Counted from the first letter of the whole stretch, positions 27,013 through 40,784 are shown. The stretch: 63,948 nucleotides of DNA, filler included, from Choristocarpus tenellus KU-1152 (GCA_964200185.2; 9 parts of 9 records of this genome joined end to end with filler, not necessarily neighbours in it); one strand, 5' to 3'. Made by a program: numbers and translations. Notes: generated by a model from the letters alone, not told the origin.

Positions 27013-29631
27013 TACTTTGATTTACTGCTACGTCAAATCCCTCCAAACGGAAACCAGGTTATATCAAAGTGTGCTTCAAATATATATTTCACAATTTCTT
27101 TCACACCTGTACTGTGTCTACACACGCAACATACCACAAGCACTCGTGAATTCATCGCGGTAGCAGGGAATTCGAAAAATTAAATATGGGCACATGGATA
27201 TGAGTCGAACAACTTACGATATAAATTGCTTATGTATTCTAGAATTTTTTTGGGCAGTAATAACAAAAGGCTATGTAGAATATGTCCTCATTTCTGGTAT
27301 TATTGGATAAATGGAAGCAAGTGAGAGACACATGTTCGCCCATCATCTAAGCTCTGATAACAGTAGTAGATTGTAAATTTGTCGGATATTAGATTACCCC
27401 GCCCCCTCCCCCTCCTTTTTTGTGCTTGGTTAGGGGGAGAGAGGCATCAGCAGCATTTTCTTCCCCATCAAGTTTCTCCATTGGTAAGATTGAAAAGGTT
27501 CAAAGATTAAATGTACTTCATGCATTACGGAGTAATGATCTGTTTGTACTTTTTACCAACATATATATGCTTTACCACAAAAAAAAGGTACGTATTATAC
27601 AGTGACATAACCAGGGAAAGAATAGGGTATGCATGTTTACGGTATGCGGTTCAGTGCGCAAACTACGACTTTTTAGGAATCTGCCACAGTTCTCTTCGAT
27701 CTCCCTTTTTGCAGCATTTCAACCACCTGACATAGAACTGGTTGTTGTACTTCCGATTTGAGTTCAATCACGAATTTTGTTTTGAAGAAAACACTCAATA
27801 ATAGCGGATTGATGCCCTTTTTTTGTTTTTGTTTTCTCGTGTGAGGTGTTACAATATTGGGAAAAGAGAGATACCAGCTAGACTTAGATCCTAGGGTCTC
27901 CCCATTCAGCCTGAATTTATCTGCTTGTAGAGTAAGGGGTAAGAGAGGTCAGGGGAAAAGGACAATGAATAAAGTTGCGGAGATTTTCTAATTATAATAT
28001 CAAATTTAAGGGTTTGAGTGTACTACAGGACAGTTTTGGATTCCTTTCTTGCTGTTTGTTCCAGGTGATAGTGAAGCCAAACGAGGTTTCTCTTGGTCTT
28101 AGCACACTTCGTTCTGCATCGCAATTGCAGTCCTCGAAAATTTTCTACTGGACCCATCCCCGAAGTTTTCCATCTTGATCTTGGTCGGACGTTCTTGTGA
28201 AACGGTACAAATAATATAATACAAAAAGGTGTAGAATCTGTTCCACGTGTCACGTAGAATGGGGTCTTCGAAACAGTATGTGGAAAACAGGATGGAGTCG
28301 AATGGGGTATAAAAACACACCAAATATAAACCGACCGATGCCACATATGTGACGTACCCAACGAAACCACTAAATTATATGACGATAAAGTTTGCTAATA
28401 CCTTTTTTGTACAATAATAGCTCTGACACCCCTCCTACTTACGGAAATTATATCCTGTTGTCACAGCACCACAAGAACACCAATACTGAACCATGAGATG
28501 TACAAACACATTATCGAGTGATGAGCGACGACCAGTGGGATAGATGAACCCAATACATGAGATGGAAGGCATGAATTTAGCGAGAGGTGTGCAGTTCAGT
28601 GTGCAGTTCAGTGTACAGTGCTTCTGCCCTGGATAGTCCCCAGACCACAGCCAAGAGTACACACTCCTTGTGAAGGATAAAAATGAAATTTATTTTCTCC
28701 CTCTTACCTTTCATCATAGATACAGCTTTTTTATTGCCTCTTCTTTCAGCTGTCTACAGCACAATCTAAACATTCACCATGTTTTGTCCTGGAGAAAATG
28801 TTGACTTTGAAAGCATCATGGCATTGATGCACCATCAATCAAGAGTTAGCAGAAAGAATTTTTTTTTGAAAGACATTACCTGTCATTAGGATGGCATCAT
28901 GGAGAAGAGAGATTGATGCATATACCTGCTACAACGTAAGGTAGGAGATGGTCACATCTCTGGTCACAAATATAGGGTATGTCTTATCTCATGTCTATTA
29001 ATTTATATGGCTGTGCTGCCTGCACAGCCTCACCCAGGGAGTGTAGTTTAACATCCTCTGGTACCAAGATACTGCAAAACAACACTGTAAAAAAATCTTG
29101 TCCACATGAGGGGGACAGGTTGGACAAAGCAAAAACACCCTACATGTGGTGCAAGGGTGCAAAATGTCCTATTCCTTCCAGCCAGCATAATCAAAACTGT
29201 GACGGGATGCCAACCTATTCCATCTTTCTATGTACCCCCCATCCATCCACAACACCCACACACTGTTGTCACACAAGAAGTTCATTGCTCCCTAGCTCAG
29301 AATGTGATCAAAAGACAACCACCATCACAGACAGATGGGCAAAAAAGATCACGCACCAATATCTGGAGAGATATCACAAGAATTACAGGATACCTACTGC
29401 CAGTTTTGATCCAACTATGTAGATAAAGATAAAACAAAAATTTAGAACCTAATGCCAAATCCATGTACTGCCCATTGTATTGAAGGGTTAAGGAAAAGTG
29501 CAATAGGAAGAATGTCCAAATAAAATTCCACAAAAAAAAAATCCAACCACATGAGGTCTAACCCTTGCCCTGCCCTACTCTCAAATAGAGTATCCACTAA
29601 TGTAACCCACTAGATCTATTGTTGAGACCCT

Positions 29632-32097
29632 TTAGTACTTGTAGCCTGCCACGAACAGAGTCTCATCTGCTGAGGGCTGTGAGCCGGCAACATATTTGCC
29701 AAGGTTAGCCTCTGAGTTGGCCTGTGCCCGTGCAAGAAGCTGCTTCTGCCCTGCCTCCTCGTTCTCAGCCTTGCCCTGCCATGCCTTAAGCACTGACTGT
29801 TGAAGGGCACGACCATATGAGAAAGAAAGTGACCTGGGAAAAGATGGGGAGGTAAGGGTGGAACAAAATTAGGAAGGGCCACAAAGATATACGTAACAAA
29901 AATATACAATTCATACTGGTCTAGCAACACTTGTGCACGGCCATAAAGAAAATTGACTCATTGAGGGGGACCAGAATCACAAAAGGTCCTTTGCCTACAC
30001 TCACCAAGGACCCTTCCGGGGGAGGCTGTTCATGATGTTGAGGTTGATGGAGGCATCCTCCTCAGACATACCCCCAGACAGGAACATGATGCCAGGCACA
30101 GCCGACGGTACATGGCGCTGAAGGGTAGTGATGGTGGTCGCTGCAATCTCCTCAGCCGTGATTGGCTCAGTGCAGTCAGCCCCAGGGCAGGTCATGGAGG
30201 GCTTGAGGAGGGATCCCTCAAGGTAAACACCGTTGTCAGAGCATGCCTTGTAAACAGCAGCCAGCACCTTCTCCTGCAAGGCAATAGAACAGATATATAT
30301 ATTTGAGTATTATTTTTTGACATTTAAAAGCATTAACCCAGATTTTTCACTTTTTCTATGCAAGTGGATATCAAGGTTAGGAGCATACAGAGAAATTTCA
30401 GGAAAAATATTATCCTTTGTGTACACTATGAAAATGAAGGGTAGAGGGAGAAACTGACCTGTACTGCAGCAGTGGTGGCAACATTGTGGTCGCCATCCAT
30501 CAGGATTTCTGGCTCTACAATAGGGACAAGACCAGCCTCTTGCACAGCCCTTGCGTAACGGGCAAGACCCCAGGCATTCTCCTGTAATGGAGCAGATGTT
30601 CAAGATCAGCACAGCAGAAAAATTATACATGCTGCAGACTCAAAATATCTATACAGTACTCCAAAATGTTTATCAGCAACAGAAAACACAAGGCAGAAGA
30701 CCAACCTGGATGGAGAGGTTGGTGGGGCACCCATCTGAGGTGATCTGCAGCACAGCACGCCACTTCGCAAACCGTGCACCCTGGGCATAGTACTTCTTTG
30801 CTCGCTCCACAAGGCCATCAAGGCCACTGCACCAGGTCTCCACCTCACGTCCTCCAGGGAGGGGGGCAAGCCCAGTGTCCACCTTGATGCCGGGGATAAC
30901 ACCAATCTTGGTGAGGCAGTCCACGAAAGGAGTACCATTGGCGTGGGACTGGAAGAGAGTCTCCTCGTAAAGGATGGCACCAGAGATGTATTCTCCCAGG
31001 CCAGGTGTGGTGAAGAGCATACCTTAAAGGGCGATAGCAGACAAAGGGCAGTGAATTTAGGCAGTTTTCATACCTTAGATTCAAAACACTGATATCAACG
31101 TGAGTATAACTAAAGATATCCTTTGGGTTGAAAGGCACACGGGTCAGTGGGCATGCCTCACCCCTGTACGCCTGCCGGTTCTCTTCAGTGTTGTCCACAC
31201 CAATCGAGGCCAGCCGCTTTCCGATGGTGGAGGTGGACTCATCAACGGCGAGGATGCCCTTGCCTGCAAGGTGTGAGGATTGGGTAGATTAGCACAAGAC
31301 AGTTTCATGTTGCGCTGACCTGAGCTGAATGAATTTCATGTGGTCTAGTACGGAGCGATGAGATGCGACCAACGACTGTGAAGTGCAGACTGGTAGATTC
31401 TAGGAAAACACAAGATGACAAGGGAATACTGGATTGGTTTTCCGTCGCGGACCTACACGAACACCAAACACCAAAAATGTCTCACAAACTCAATCGATGC
31501 AACTCGAGGGCAAAGTGCTCGGAAGAAGGCTTCCTCTGCATCCCTTTCCAATTCAGCCAAGTCGCTACCACCCCAAACTGGGCAGACCATGCATATGTGC
31601 TCGCTTTTTCAGAAGTTTCATGTTGTGAAGTGTTGTGAACTTCAAGGGAATCTACGGCTCAAGCAAAGCCAAACTTTGCACATGTACAAAAAAATAGCCA
31701 AGTATTACCTCAGCTTAACATGTTGCGAATACAAGTTCGATGAGTTTCGTTACTATATTGGACAGGACTTCAATGGGGAGCTCTACGTCTGCACAACATC
31801 TTGATGACTCCAATCTGTATCACAACACATGAAAGTCAAGCACTCTCATATTGGCGTTCTCAGAATCTTTTTCCAGAAACAAGAGACCCCCCAAAAAATC
31901 GGAAGAGCCTTCTAACTAGATATCGTACCAGGGCCAGCGATAGCCTTAGCAGTGGCAGCCAGCTCTTCCTTGTAGTCGGCGAGGGACATGCGCATCCCAG
32001 TGGCGGACACGCGGGTCCCAGCAGAGCCTACAAAGGAGCCAGGGGCAAGGAACGCCTGGGTAGCCCCGATGGTAGCAGCAGCAATGACGAGCTTCAT
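29632..32097 (-). CDS. FBA: Fructose-bisphosphate aldolase class I, plastid-targeted; 6 exons (32097-31929, 31263-31162, 31022-30706, 30581-30459, 30273-30005, 29833-29632), 393 aa
   Basis: All introns are GT-AG and phase-compatible; spliced length 1182 nt. Class I motifs [44 protein letters not shown] (Schiff-base Lys), [13 protein letters not shown] and a C-terminal Tyr. N-terminus is a signal peptide with TQA|FLAP cleavage site (ASAFAP-like) plus transit peptide. Confidence 0.96.
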
Positions 32098-32480
32098 GGT
32101 TGGGATAGTTGGGGCTGGTCACGAAGAGTTACAAGCAAACTGCTTAGGGGTGGAGTGGGAACTGTGTAGGGGGTGGGGTTGGTTGTATGTTGGTCTCTCC
32201 AACTCTGAAAAACGTTCTGACGTATGACTTTCTTTTTCTTTTGAGTGATTACTTTTTCTTGTTAGAGATACGAACGTAGACATACTCCACAACGTCAGCC
32301 ACCACCAATCAGCATCCAACTATAAACACGTTTTAATGTAAGTTCACGAAATTAGACGTTAACATTTGAAGATATCGACCTCTAAAGGATTAGAGGGGTA
32401 AAATAATAAACCCTTGTTATTGATTTTGAAACTTGGTACCTATGTACGACATCCCTCAAACCATTTTGAAGATAGCAGGG
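32098..32480. promoter_or_regulatory. Putative bidirectional promoter (FBA / lumen protein)
   Basis: About 380 bp between divergent start regions. Confidence 0.5.
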
Positions 32481-33768
32481 ATGACGAGAACCTTTTGCTA
32501 CTCTCAACGCTCGTGTGGTATTCCACTCCTACCCCGTCCTTTGGGATTGGAACGTCTAAAGTGGACTGGCAGGCAACAATATCAACTTCAATGTTCCCTT
32601 CAGGTTGATGAAACATCATTCAAGATGTCAAGTAGAAGAACATTTGTGGGGAACACTATCGCTACTGTGGCAGGGGTATTGACGGCTAGTCTTCCAAGGG
32701 ATGTATGGTCTCTGGAAAGTCAGAGAGATGCGAGCAAAGCGCAGCCTCCCCCCCAAGCGCTTCTACTCCCCGTGACTAGAATCAAGGTGAGGGAATATGG
32801 TTGTAAGGTACAAAATCATTATTCAAGGAAGGTTGTGCACCCCGACTCAATGTACACCATGTCTGCACTTTCCTCCACCCTCTAATTTAGTTGGAACATA
32901 CTATTTGCAGGTTGCGGCGGAGAAGTTGCAGGAGTTACTCAACAATCCAAGCAATTGGAAGGAGGCTCAGACGTTGCTACAATCGCCTTATTTTGTGCCA
33001 GGGGAGTTCAGGGCAGTACTGGACCGATATAGTGACTCCAACTGGGGAACTCATATTCTGGGGGATTTGTACCGAAATCAAGGATTGGAGAGCATCAAGG
33101 TGCGATGGTCCAATCCAATCAGAGGTCGATTGTCGTGCTAGGACAAGGACCTGGTGATCCGATCCTCTCGACACCGAAATTGATAAGCGCACCTCTTCAA
33201 CCCTCAAACACACAGGTACCCGCCCGATCTCCAATGTCTTGATTTGTGAAGCATTCGCTGCTCAGCCATAGTAATACGTAGTGAACTCCATCCTTTTCAT
33301 TCTCGTTATACCTGGACATTGAACCACTTTTCTTCGTTCACGTGCTTTTTGACTCTGAGTACCCACTTGGGCTGCCAACTATACGTTGAGCTTCTCAGTT
33401 GGGATATGACCTCAGACCTAACCATGTGGTAGGCGATGCTATTCCTATTAGTGACCTTACTCCTAACAACAAGCTACACGACGTCCTGTAATCAGGTTCA
33501 CCACTTTTGGACTGTGTAAGATACGATGTTTGCCTTTGCATGTAATCTGCCACCCGAATAACTTGATCTGTAGGCAATGGATGAGCTACTAGCATATATG
33601 CTCCAACAGATTGCCAAAGGAGGAGAAATCACTGCTGAAGATGTAGAAGATGTGGTAGAGTCTGGCCGGGCACTTGCAGCAAGCTTGGATGCATTTCTGG
33701 CCCTGGCCCCCCCTGGGGATGCACAAATTGTGGATAAGCTTGCAAGAATGGAGGGTGGGATAAAATGA
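32481..33768 (+). CDS. Hypothetical helical protein with twin-arginine (SRR) plus hydrophobic segment, probably thylakoid lumen; exons about 32481(uncertain)-32786, 32911-33099, 33574-33768
   Basis: Phase-0 GT-AG introns 32787-32910 and 33100-33573 join ...SSRRTFVGNTIATVAGVLTASLP...TRIK / VAAEKLQELL...DLYRNQGLESIK / AMDELLAY...DAFLALAP...*. The 5' end is unresolved. Confidence 0.7.
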
Positions 33769-34779
33769 AAGTCAACATGCAATAATTCGATTTGCAGTGT
33801 TCAAACCTCTACTATACCAATGATAGATTCTCCTACATTTTCTCGTTCATGAACCATGCACCAGTTCATACCAATGTTGGCAGCCGTCATAAATTTGTAT
33901 GTACAACTACCTTGTGCCTGGACAGGACCAGACTCATGGATACATCTGAGGAGTAACCCCGGCGGAACTTGGATCAGTTCTCAGTTACAGTATAGTGTTT
34001 GGGGGGGACAATTTAGGTTTCAAAGGTGGTAATTGAGGATTAAATTGTGCTCAGGTCATGTTGATATATATATATTTTAAGGACAATATATTGTTAGATT
34101 AGTGTAAATGCTGTATTGAGTTTGACGCATACTATGGTCTATTTTCGGACTGAAAGGTGTATGTAATTTTTTGGGAGCTCAAGTATAATTATAACGCCTC
34201 CCAACGATATCAGTTTTCCAGTAGTTGCCCTCTGAGTCCACAAATTTAACCTGTGGGTATCAATCTATCCCGGAGTTTACATGCAAGACTTGGTTCAAAT
34301 ATTAGAAACAGATAAAACCCTGGTGGTAATTGAAGAACAGGAAACTCTGAGAGTTCAAGAAAGTGCATTCACTTTTAACAAGTTCCTAATTGAAAGGGGA
34401 AAGTTCGTCGTTTAGAAATGCATCTGAGAGTATTGTGGAGCTGTAGAAGCAAGTTCGTTTCTCAGGGAAGAGTCATGAGCAAAGATCATACAACATGGTG
34501 TCTCCACCTATGTGACACATAATTAATCTAAGTTTCCCCTTGGGAGGAGCAATGAAGGCCCCCCATGAAAACCTCAATGTCGAAACCTGTAATAAAATAA
34601 CGAAAATAGACTTCATATTGGTAGGTAGTTGTACCTGGTATGTAAAGGGTACAGTTCTAGTACTTCTGGACTTGGTAGACTCTTAAGATATTGCTTTCAC
34701 CAAGTGCAGGAGACCAAGGTTATGTATAGTGTCATATTTTCTCCTCTTACGTTACTACCATAATGAAACCATTATAGAG

Positions 34780-35210
34780 GTCTCACTAAATTAATATTAA
34801 TGCATACTTGGGCAATACCTGCTCACGACCAATGGAGAGGTGGAACACCTTGTACTGCATGTGTGGCATGAGTCAAACCCTTGCATGCAATTTTGTGCAA
34901 GGTAGATTTGTTGGGAAAAGAGATTTGGGGTTTATCTCCGACTTGAAATGTCACAATCAGCAATTAGCATGATCAGGTGCAACATCCCAGGGAGAGTTGG
35001 TTCTTCACTCATCATTTCACACTAAGCACATGTTATTTGGGGATGAGGTTGCTGAGCTTGAAGAGTACTGGCTTGTTGTGTTCTGTAGAGCCTATGCCAA
35101 GTACGCTTGTTGCTATTCTACTACAAGAGGTTACATTCATTCACATAATTTCATTCCTATGTATGAGTCCATTCAATTTGTATACATCATTGAACGAAAG
35201 ATATAGGGAT
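34780..35210 (+). pseudogene. Helitron Rep (HUH) remnant between convergent genes
   Basis: SWFFTHHF, LEEYWL and TTRGYIHSH resemble Helitron Rep (E.Q/S.RG..H.H); frameshifted. Confidence 0.4.
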
Positions 35211-35424
35211 TAAAGTTGTGTTCAAGAAAGCAAAACATTATCCAAAGCCATTACAATGACAACTGATCCGCAACACTAGTGGTGTTGCCTCAACAAGCAA
35301 AATAAAAATAGGACACATCCTGCAAATACTTAAAAGCAACCACCTGAATCCACTCTAAAACTATGGCACAGGCCCCTCAACCCTTCCTGTCCAACCAAAT
35401 CTTTATCCTACCTTGCCACAACAT

Positions 35425-37167
35425 CTACATTTTTTTTTTGTCTAACAACACACTAGCAAGACAGGTGAGCTGTCCCTCAACAAACATTTTCTGTACATGC
35501 CCATAGCCACGATCTTGCATGTACAGCAAGCCGTCGCGGTTTGTGAGACTGAGGAACTTACCACTTTGCTTGGACATAACTTCATCCTCAGAGTGGTCAA
35601 CGTAGACTTGAGAAGGTGAAATGCGTGTGAGCAAGAGAATTGTGGTCAGAGTTACAAAGTGTATTCATTAGCAGCTGTTTGAGGTGGGTCGACAAGGAAC
35701 GTGTCATTGAACCTGGGTGATGTGCTGACAATGCTTCTCTGTAAAATGTCCATGGCAATATCGCAGCAACATTTAAGTGAGGCAGATCCAACCCGTTAAC
35801 ATAGTTGTACACCGACTTTGGGGACAGAGCACCACAAGTGTACAGCAAAACCAAGAAAAAGATTCAAGGCAGGATAAGCTGACACAATGAATGTGCAGCA
35901 TAGTCACCTGTTGGTCTTTGTGGTCCAAGCGAAAGATCCTCACGGCTAGCCCTGAATGATCCATCAACATACCTGCAATGTACACATAAAGATTTCAGGT
36001 CTCTAATTGATTGATACGCCTCCATACCTGCTGTTGGTAAAAGCATATCGAAAACAAGCATCTTCTCACAATTTGTGCAGCACTGGATTAGCAAACCAAT
36101 ACTACCAGTTTGCCTCCAAGTGAGGGTTCAGTCGATGCACAACACTCAACCTTGAATCAACAGCAGTTCAGGACAAACCGTAATATAGAGTCGGGCGTGC
36201 AATCTACCTGAGTCCCCTGAACCTGGCTGAAAAACGCCTGTTCATGAAATATGGGATATGGACAGAGGCCATGCAGGCATCAATAAGGTCTGCCTTGCTT
36301 GAGAAATCCGATACAGCCTTGCGTCTACCCGGTGGCCATAGCGGGAGCATGACCAGGTTAACCCGCTCCCTGCAAATGGAATGGGCATCATGCGGGAGTA
36401 GGTCGTTCAACCAGTCGCGCACCATTCCTCCCCAGACACCTGCGAGCCCTAGCGGTCGTTCCCACACCTGGATAAAGGGGGGAAAATGAATTACCCATGC
36501 AGTTGAACCACGATCTAGCTTCTCTAGAGACCGTGCGATATCTAAAAATAAGCATCGACCTCTTTAGCAATCCCGACACATCGCTGAAGTGAGACTATAG
36601 ACCATCGACAATTCCATGGGATATATCAATGGTGATCACATACCTCGTTCTCGTCGCAAAGGTCGAGGGCAAGATCCATCGCACGATTCATATCAGCATC
36701 GCACGCTGCCAGGCAGGCGGCGAGTGCTCCAGCCGACGCTCCTACCATTTCGATATTCGAGAGGTCATAACGCTCCTGCAATGCCATTATCGCTCCAGCT
36801 TGCCACTTCGTTCGTCAGCAAGAATTCGGGAAGTGCGTAAGGTAGGGTGAGCGAAGAGCAGACAATCAGGGCCACAGGCTGATAGAAGATGCAAGCCGAG
36901 CACATGATAATGGGCGAGACGGCGAGACATCTTGTCATTACTCACCCAAAAGAAAATCCCACCCCCAGGAAAGCTGATAACAGGTCGGGTCTCAGACTGA
37001 CAGGTATCATCATGAGTAGGGACGTTTATTGATTGAACCGTCTGAAGAGGCCTGCATGAATGACGAAAAGGGCTGCCAGCATAAAGAGAAGGTGGAAGCA
37101 ATCCTATCGCTACTACTGGCCAGGTTGAAGTCAGAAGCAATCGGACTAATGAGGTCAGGGAGGTCAT
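35425..37167 (-). CDS. Patatin-like phospholipase; 5 exons (37167-36946, 36805-36644, 36467-36208, 35972-35908, 35606-35425), 296 aa
   Basis: Oxyanion loop SFPGGGIFFWWQAG, nucleophile GASAG, ASVHIP and catalytic Asp YVDGS. GT-AG introns with compatible phases give 891 nt. Hydrophobic N-terminus. Confidence 0.9.
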
Positions 37168-37324
37168 ATTTATAAGTAGTGAAGTTTGTTGTGAAGTTAT
37201 TGAATCATCCTATGTTTAAAAGAGGCTTTTCTTAGGGTTAGGGAATATGCTGGGTTTGGGTTGATGCCCACACCACACACTCTGTTGTATACCCTGCCCT
37301 GATTGTGGCTGGCATTCTCACGCC
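37168..37324. promoter_or_regulatory. Putative bidirectional promoter (patatin / NOP2) containing TTAGGGTTAGGG
   Basis: 157 bp between divergent ATGs; telomere-like motif at about 37232-37243. Confidence 0.55.
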
Positions 37325-40300
37325 ATGGGATCTAAGCGGAAGACAACGCCAGGCAAGGGCGTGTCCAAACAAAAGCTAGTCAACCTAGCCGATGGAAAGT
37401 CGCCGGGTCATGGCAGGGGCCAGACACGGAAAAGTCGATCTCCAGACAAAGTTGGAGAGGTGAAAAAGGGCAATAGAAATGCAAAGGGTTCATTGTCGAA
37501 GAGACCTGCTCTTGCGAAAGGGAGAAGCAGCACAAGGCCCTCCTCAAAATCTGAAGTTGAGGAGGAGGAAGAGGAAGAGGAAGAGGATAAGTCGTTGCAA
37601 TCCGATGAGGATGGTGAGGACAGCGTTGGCAACGAGAGTGATGTTGTGGAGGACAATGGGACGTTCAGCAAGAAAGGCACTCTTGGAATCCTGGGTGAAG
37701 CTGAGTCCGACGATGATGAGGAGAGTGAGCAAGAGCTGCAGTCATTCAAGGAAGCCTTCCCGGGCATGAGTAGCTCGGAGGATGAGGGAGAAGATGGGGA
37801 CAATGATGAGGACGAGGGATTGGAAGGAGACGACGGGAGTAGCGACGAGCAAGAACAAGACGGTGGTTTCATGGATGTGCGTGCCTTCATTGCGATAGAA
37901 GAGTTTTGATCTCGATGATCTTATAACTCTCATCGCCTTCATTCTCCTTTCTTCCATCCCATCGTTCAACCAGTGCTACACAATGACTACAGAATGGTAT
38001 CGCAATGATCTTTTTTTGCCTATGCAATGCATCCTTTTTGTAGGTAGAGCGTGAGTCTCGCGCTCTGGATAAAGAGACCGCACGTGTGAGGGCCGAGGCT
38101 GAGGAAGAGGTTCGCGAGGGTATGAAACGAGATGTGCTTGAGGGAAGGGAGGTGCTTGGGATCACTCCGGGCGGGGGGGCAGACAGCGAAGAGGGTGAGG
38201 AGGAGGTGGAGGAGGAGGTTGTGCCCCCGCAAGTGCTGAAGGAGAGGATCGAGTCCGTCGTGGAGGTGCTGTCTGATTTCAAGGTAGGAATTTTTCGAGT
38301 CCAGCATCCAGTCCTTCCCTTATCAATGGCAGATTAATATGATGTCTCTATTGCTCTGGCGTGTCCGCGTGCCACATACGCTTCACACATAGGTGTGGGC
38401 CCATGTGGTGATTGGTAAGATGGAGTAGGCAATGTTATCAAAGTAGGTGGATCCTTCTGCTACTTGTTGTGAGGTGGCTTTTGCAAATTATCTGTTTGAT
38501 ACTCTTGTTCTTTCAAGTAGTGTGCCACTATCGACAACAACCAAAAATTGTCAGTTTGATGTGTCAGTAGTGTGTTTGGAATCGGCACAGTGATATGTTG
38601 AGCCTATGCTCACTGCTTGTACAATGTACCCATCCTGCATCTGACAATGCAGTCTCCATCAACAATATCAGGGTAGAGGTACGACCTCTTTTATGTGGCC
38701 CCTCAAATCATATCCTCGTACCCCCACCAGCCTCCCAAGTCGTTCACGATGCTTTGTTCCCTTCTCTGCCTCCTGCTGAAATAGGCACGGCGGGACCCCT
38801 CTCTTTCTCGTGCTGACTACATAGAGCGCCTGTCGAAAGACATGAAGGAGTACTATGGTTACTTGAGGGAACTAGTGGACCTTTTCCTTTCAGTGAGTAT
38901 TCTAATCCTGTGTGACGAACAGTCTGTGGAGATCGCTTTGACGACTTCAAAATATGTTTTTGATGTTAGGGTTAGTTCTCGGCATTGCTGTTCTTTCCAC
39001 CACCAGACAGAAGATAAGACTACTCTGGTTCTGTGGGTATTTGTACCATTAGTGTATTTCTCATTGCTTTTCAAGCGTTTTGAGTAAAGTTTTTTACCAA
39101 TCTTACACCTGAGTTCCTCTACTCGTTTAGGTGTGAATAATGATCGAGAAAGACTCTTAAAACTGACGCAGTGATGCGTGGGACTTTACTGGGTTCAAGC
39201 CCCTCACATCATCATATTCAAACAAATGCTCGAGCAAATCGCCTCTCACCAGACACTTTTTAGAACTGTATGTACTTAGAATTAGCATGTTATTCCGGAA
39301 ATAGTGGACACTACTATTATAGATAGCGCTGTAAGAATGAGGGGCACAGGCGATTGAAAACTCTAGAGTCCTTGGAAGCTGTTGTGTACAGCCATGGTAT
39401 GATGTCAAGCTTTGTGAGTCTCAATATTTGAGGTCATGTGTTTTGTCAGAACTAAACAGTCCCTTTTGTCATCCTGCTGAGATCTCTTTTTTGGGGGGGG
39501 GGGCGCGGTGGTGACTGTTTCTTCTCCTTGTCAATCTCACCCCCTTCCCCCTTACACCCTGGTCTGTGGGCAATGACCCTGCTGGTGTGTGTATGTGGCA
39601 TGGCTCTCTTTGCTTCCGATCGCGTGTGTTGTGTAACTGTCAGATGTTCTCACCTGCAGAGTGCGTGGAGTTTCTAGAGGCCAGTGACAAGCCTCGGCCG
39701 CTGGTGATTCGAGCGAACACACTCAAGACCCGAACGAAGGACCTTGCAGAGGTGATTGGGTGCTTCAACTGGTCTCCTCCAGGATGTGGATGGATGAGTG
39801 TGTAGTGCGTTAGATGGTGGATGGCTGCATGAATTCACATGTTTTTTTAGCTTGATAGGCATGTTTATTTGTGGATCTTGAGCTGTACGGTTTTTTATTT
39901 TGAAGTGTGTGAATGTGTTCAGTCTATGTTAAAATGTGTTGTTGTCGTGTAGTGCTACGTGGCACAGCTCTTGGCTCAGTAGTGGCTACAGAGCAGTGTA
40001 TAATGCGCAAGAGAGGGACTCTTAGAGGAAGTTGCAAGGGTATCATGTCTAGTATGCACAAGTTCCTGGCTCCAGAAAAGTGATCTCTTTGGTTTCAACT
40101 GTTAGTTAGCACATGTACAAACATTTGTTTGCTCTTAACTGCCACCGACTCCCATTGCCTGCTATGAACATGAGGTGAGATACGTATATCTAGCCCAGTC
40201 ATGCATGTATGAGAAGTCCTCAAGGGACACTATCTCCCAGTGCCCATTGTATTTGTCTAAGCAACTGATCCCACCGTGCCTTCAACCAGGCTCTTATTAA

Positions 40301-40367
40301 GAGGGGGGTCAGCCTTGAGCCGGTGGCCAAGTGGTCCAAGGTCGGTCTGAAGATCACAGAGTCCCAG
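37325..40367 (+). CDS. NOP2: NOP2/NSUN1-like 25S/28S rRNA cytosine-C5 methyltransferase, 5' part; exons 37325-37876, 38044-38283, 38785-38892, 39644-39751, 40290-40367; truncated by contig end
   Basis: Basic plus acidic low-complexity N-terminus, then ERIESVVEVLSDFK, SRADYIERL..DMKEYYGY, ECVEFLEASDKPRPLVIRANTLKTR..DLAEALIKRGVSLEPVAKWSKVGL, typical of Nop2. All introns phase-0 GT-AG. Confidence 0.9.
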
Positions 40368-40784
40368 GTAATGTGCAAATGGGTGCGTTTGGGATGATTG
40401 CGTCTGCGCCGAGATTACTTTATCTGGAATGTTTACTTTTGATGTTTTTTTGAGGTTAGGGTAAACCTTGACTGTTCTCTTCCTCATTTGACACACTTGG
40501 ACATTTTCGTCGGTTGTTCTCAATCCCCCCCCCCCGTGTATTGTGTTTCATGTGGTACCTGATGTTTTCATCGAACACAAGCTGCTTGCTTGCTTTGTCA
40601 AGGGGCATTGCACAGGCGTGTGGGGGGGGGGGGGGGGGGGGGGGGGGGGTGGTGTTTCTGTTGGGGGGGGGGGAGGGGTTTCTCNNNNNNNNNNNNNNNN
40701 NNNNNNNNNNNNNNNNNNNNNNNNNNNNTTAATTAATTAANNNNNNNNNNNNNNNNNNNNNNNNNNNNNNNNNNNNNNNNNNNN

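Noticed and set aside
37408-37890. Ser-rich 160-aa antisense ORF (and 37887-38282)
   Set aside because: Shadow of the acidic GAG/GAT-rich NOP2 exons.
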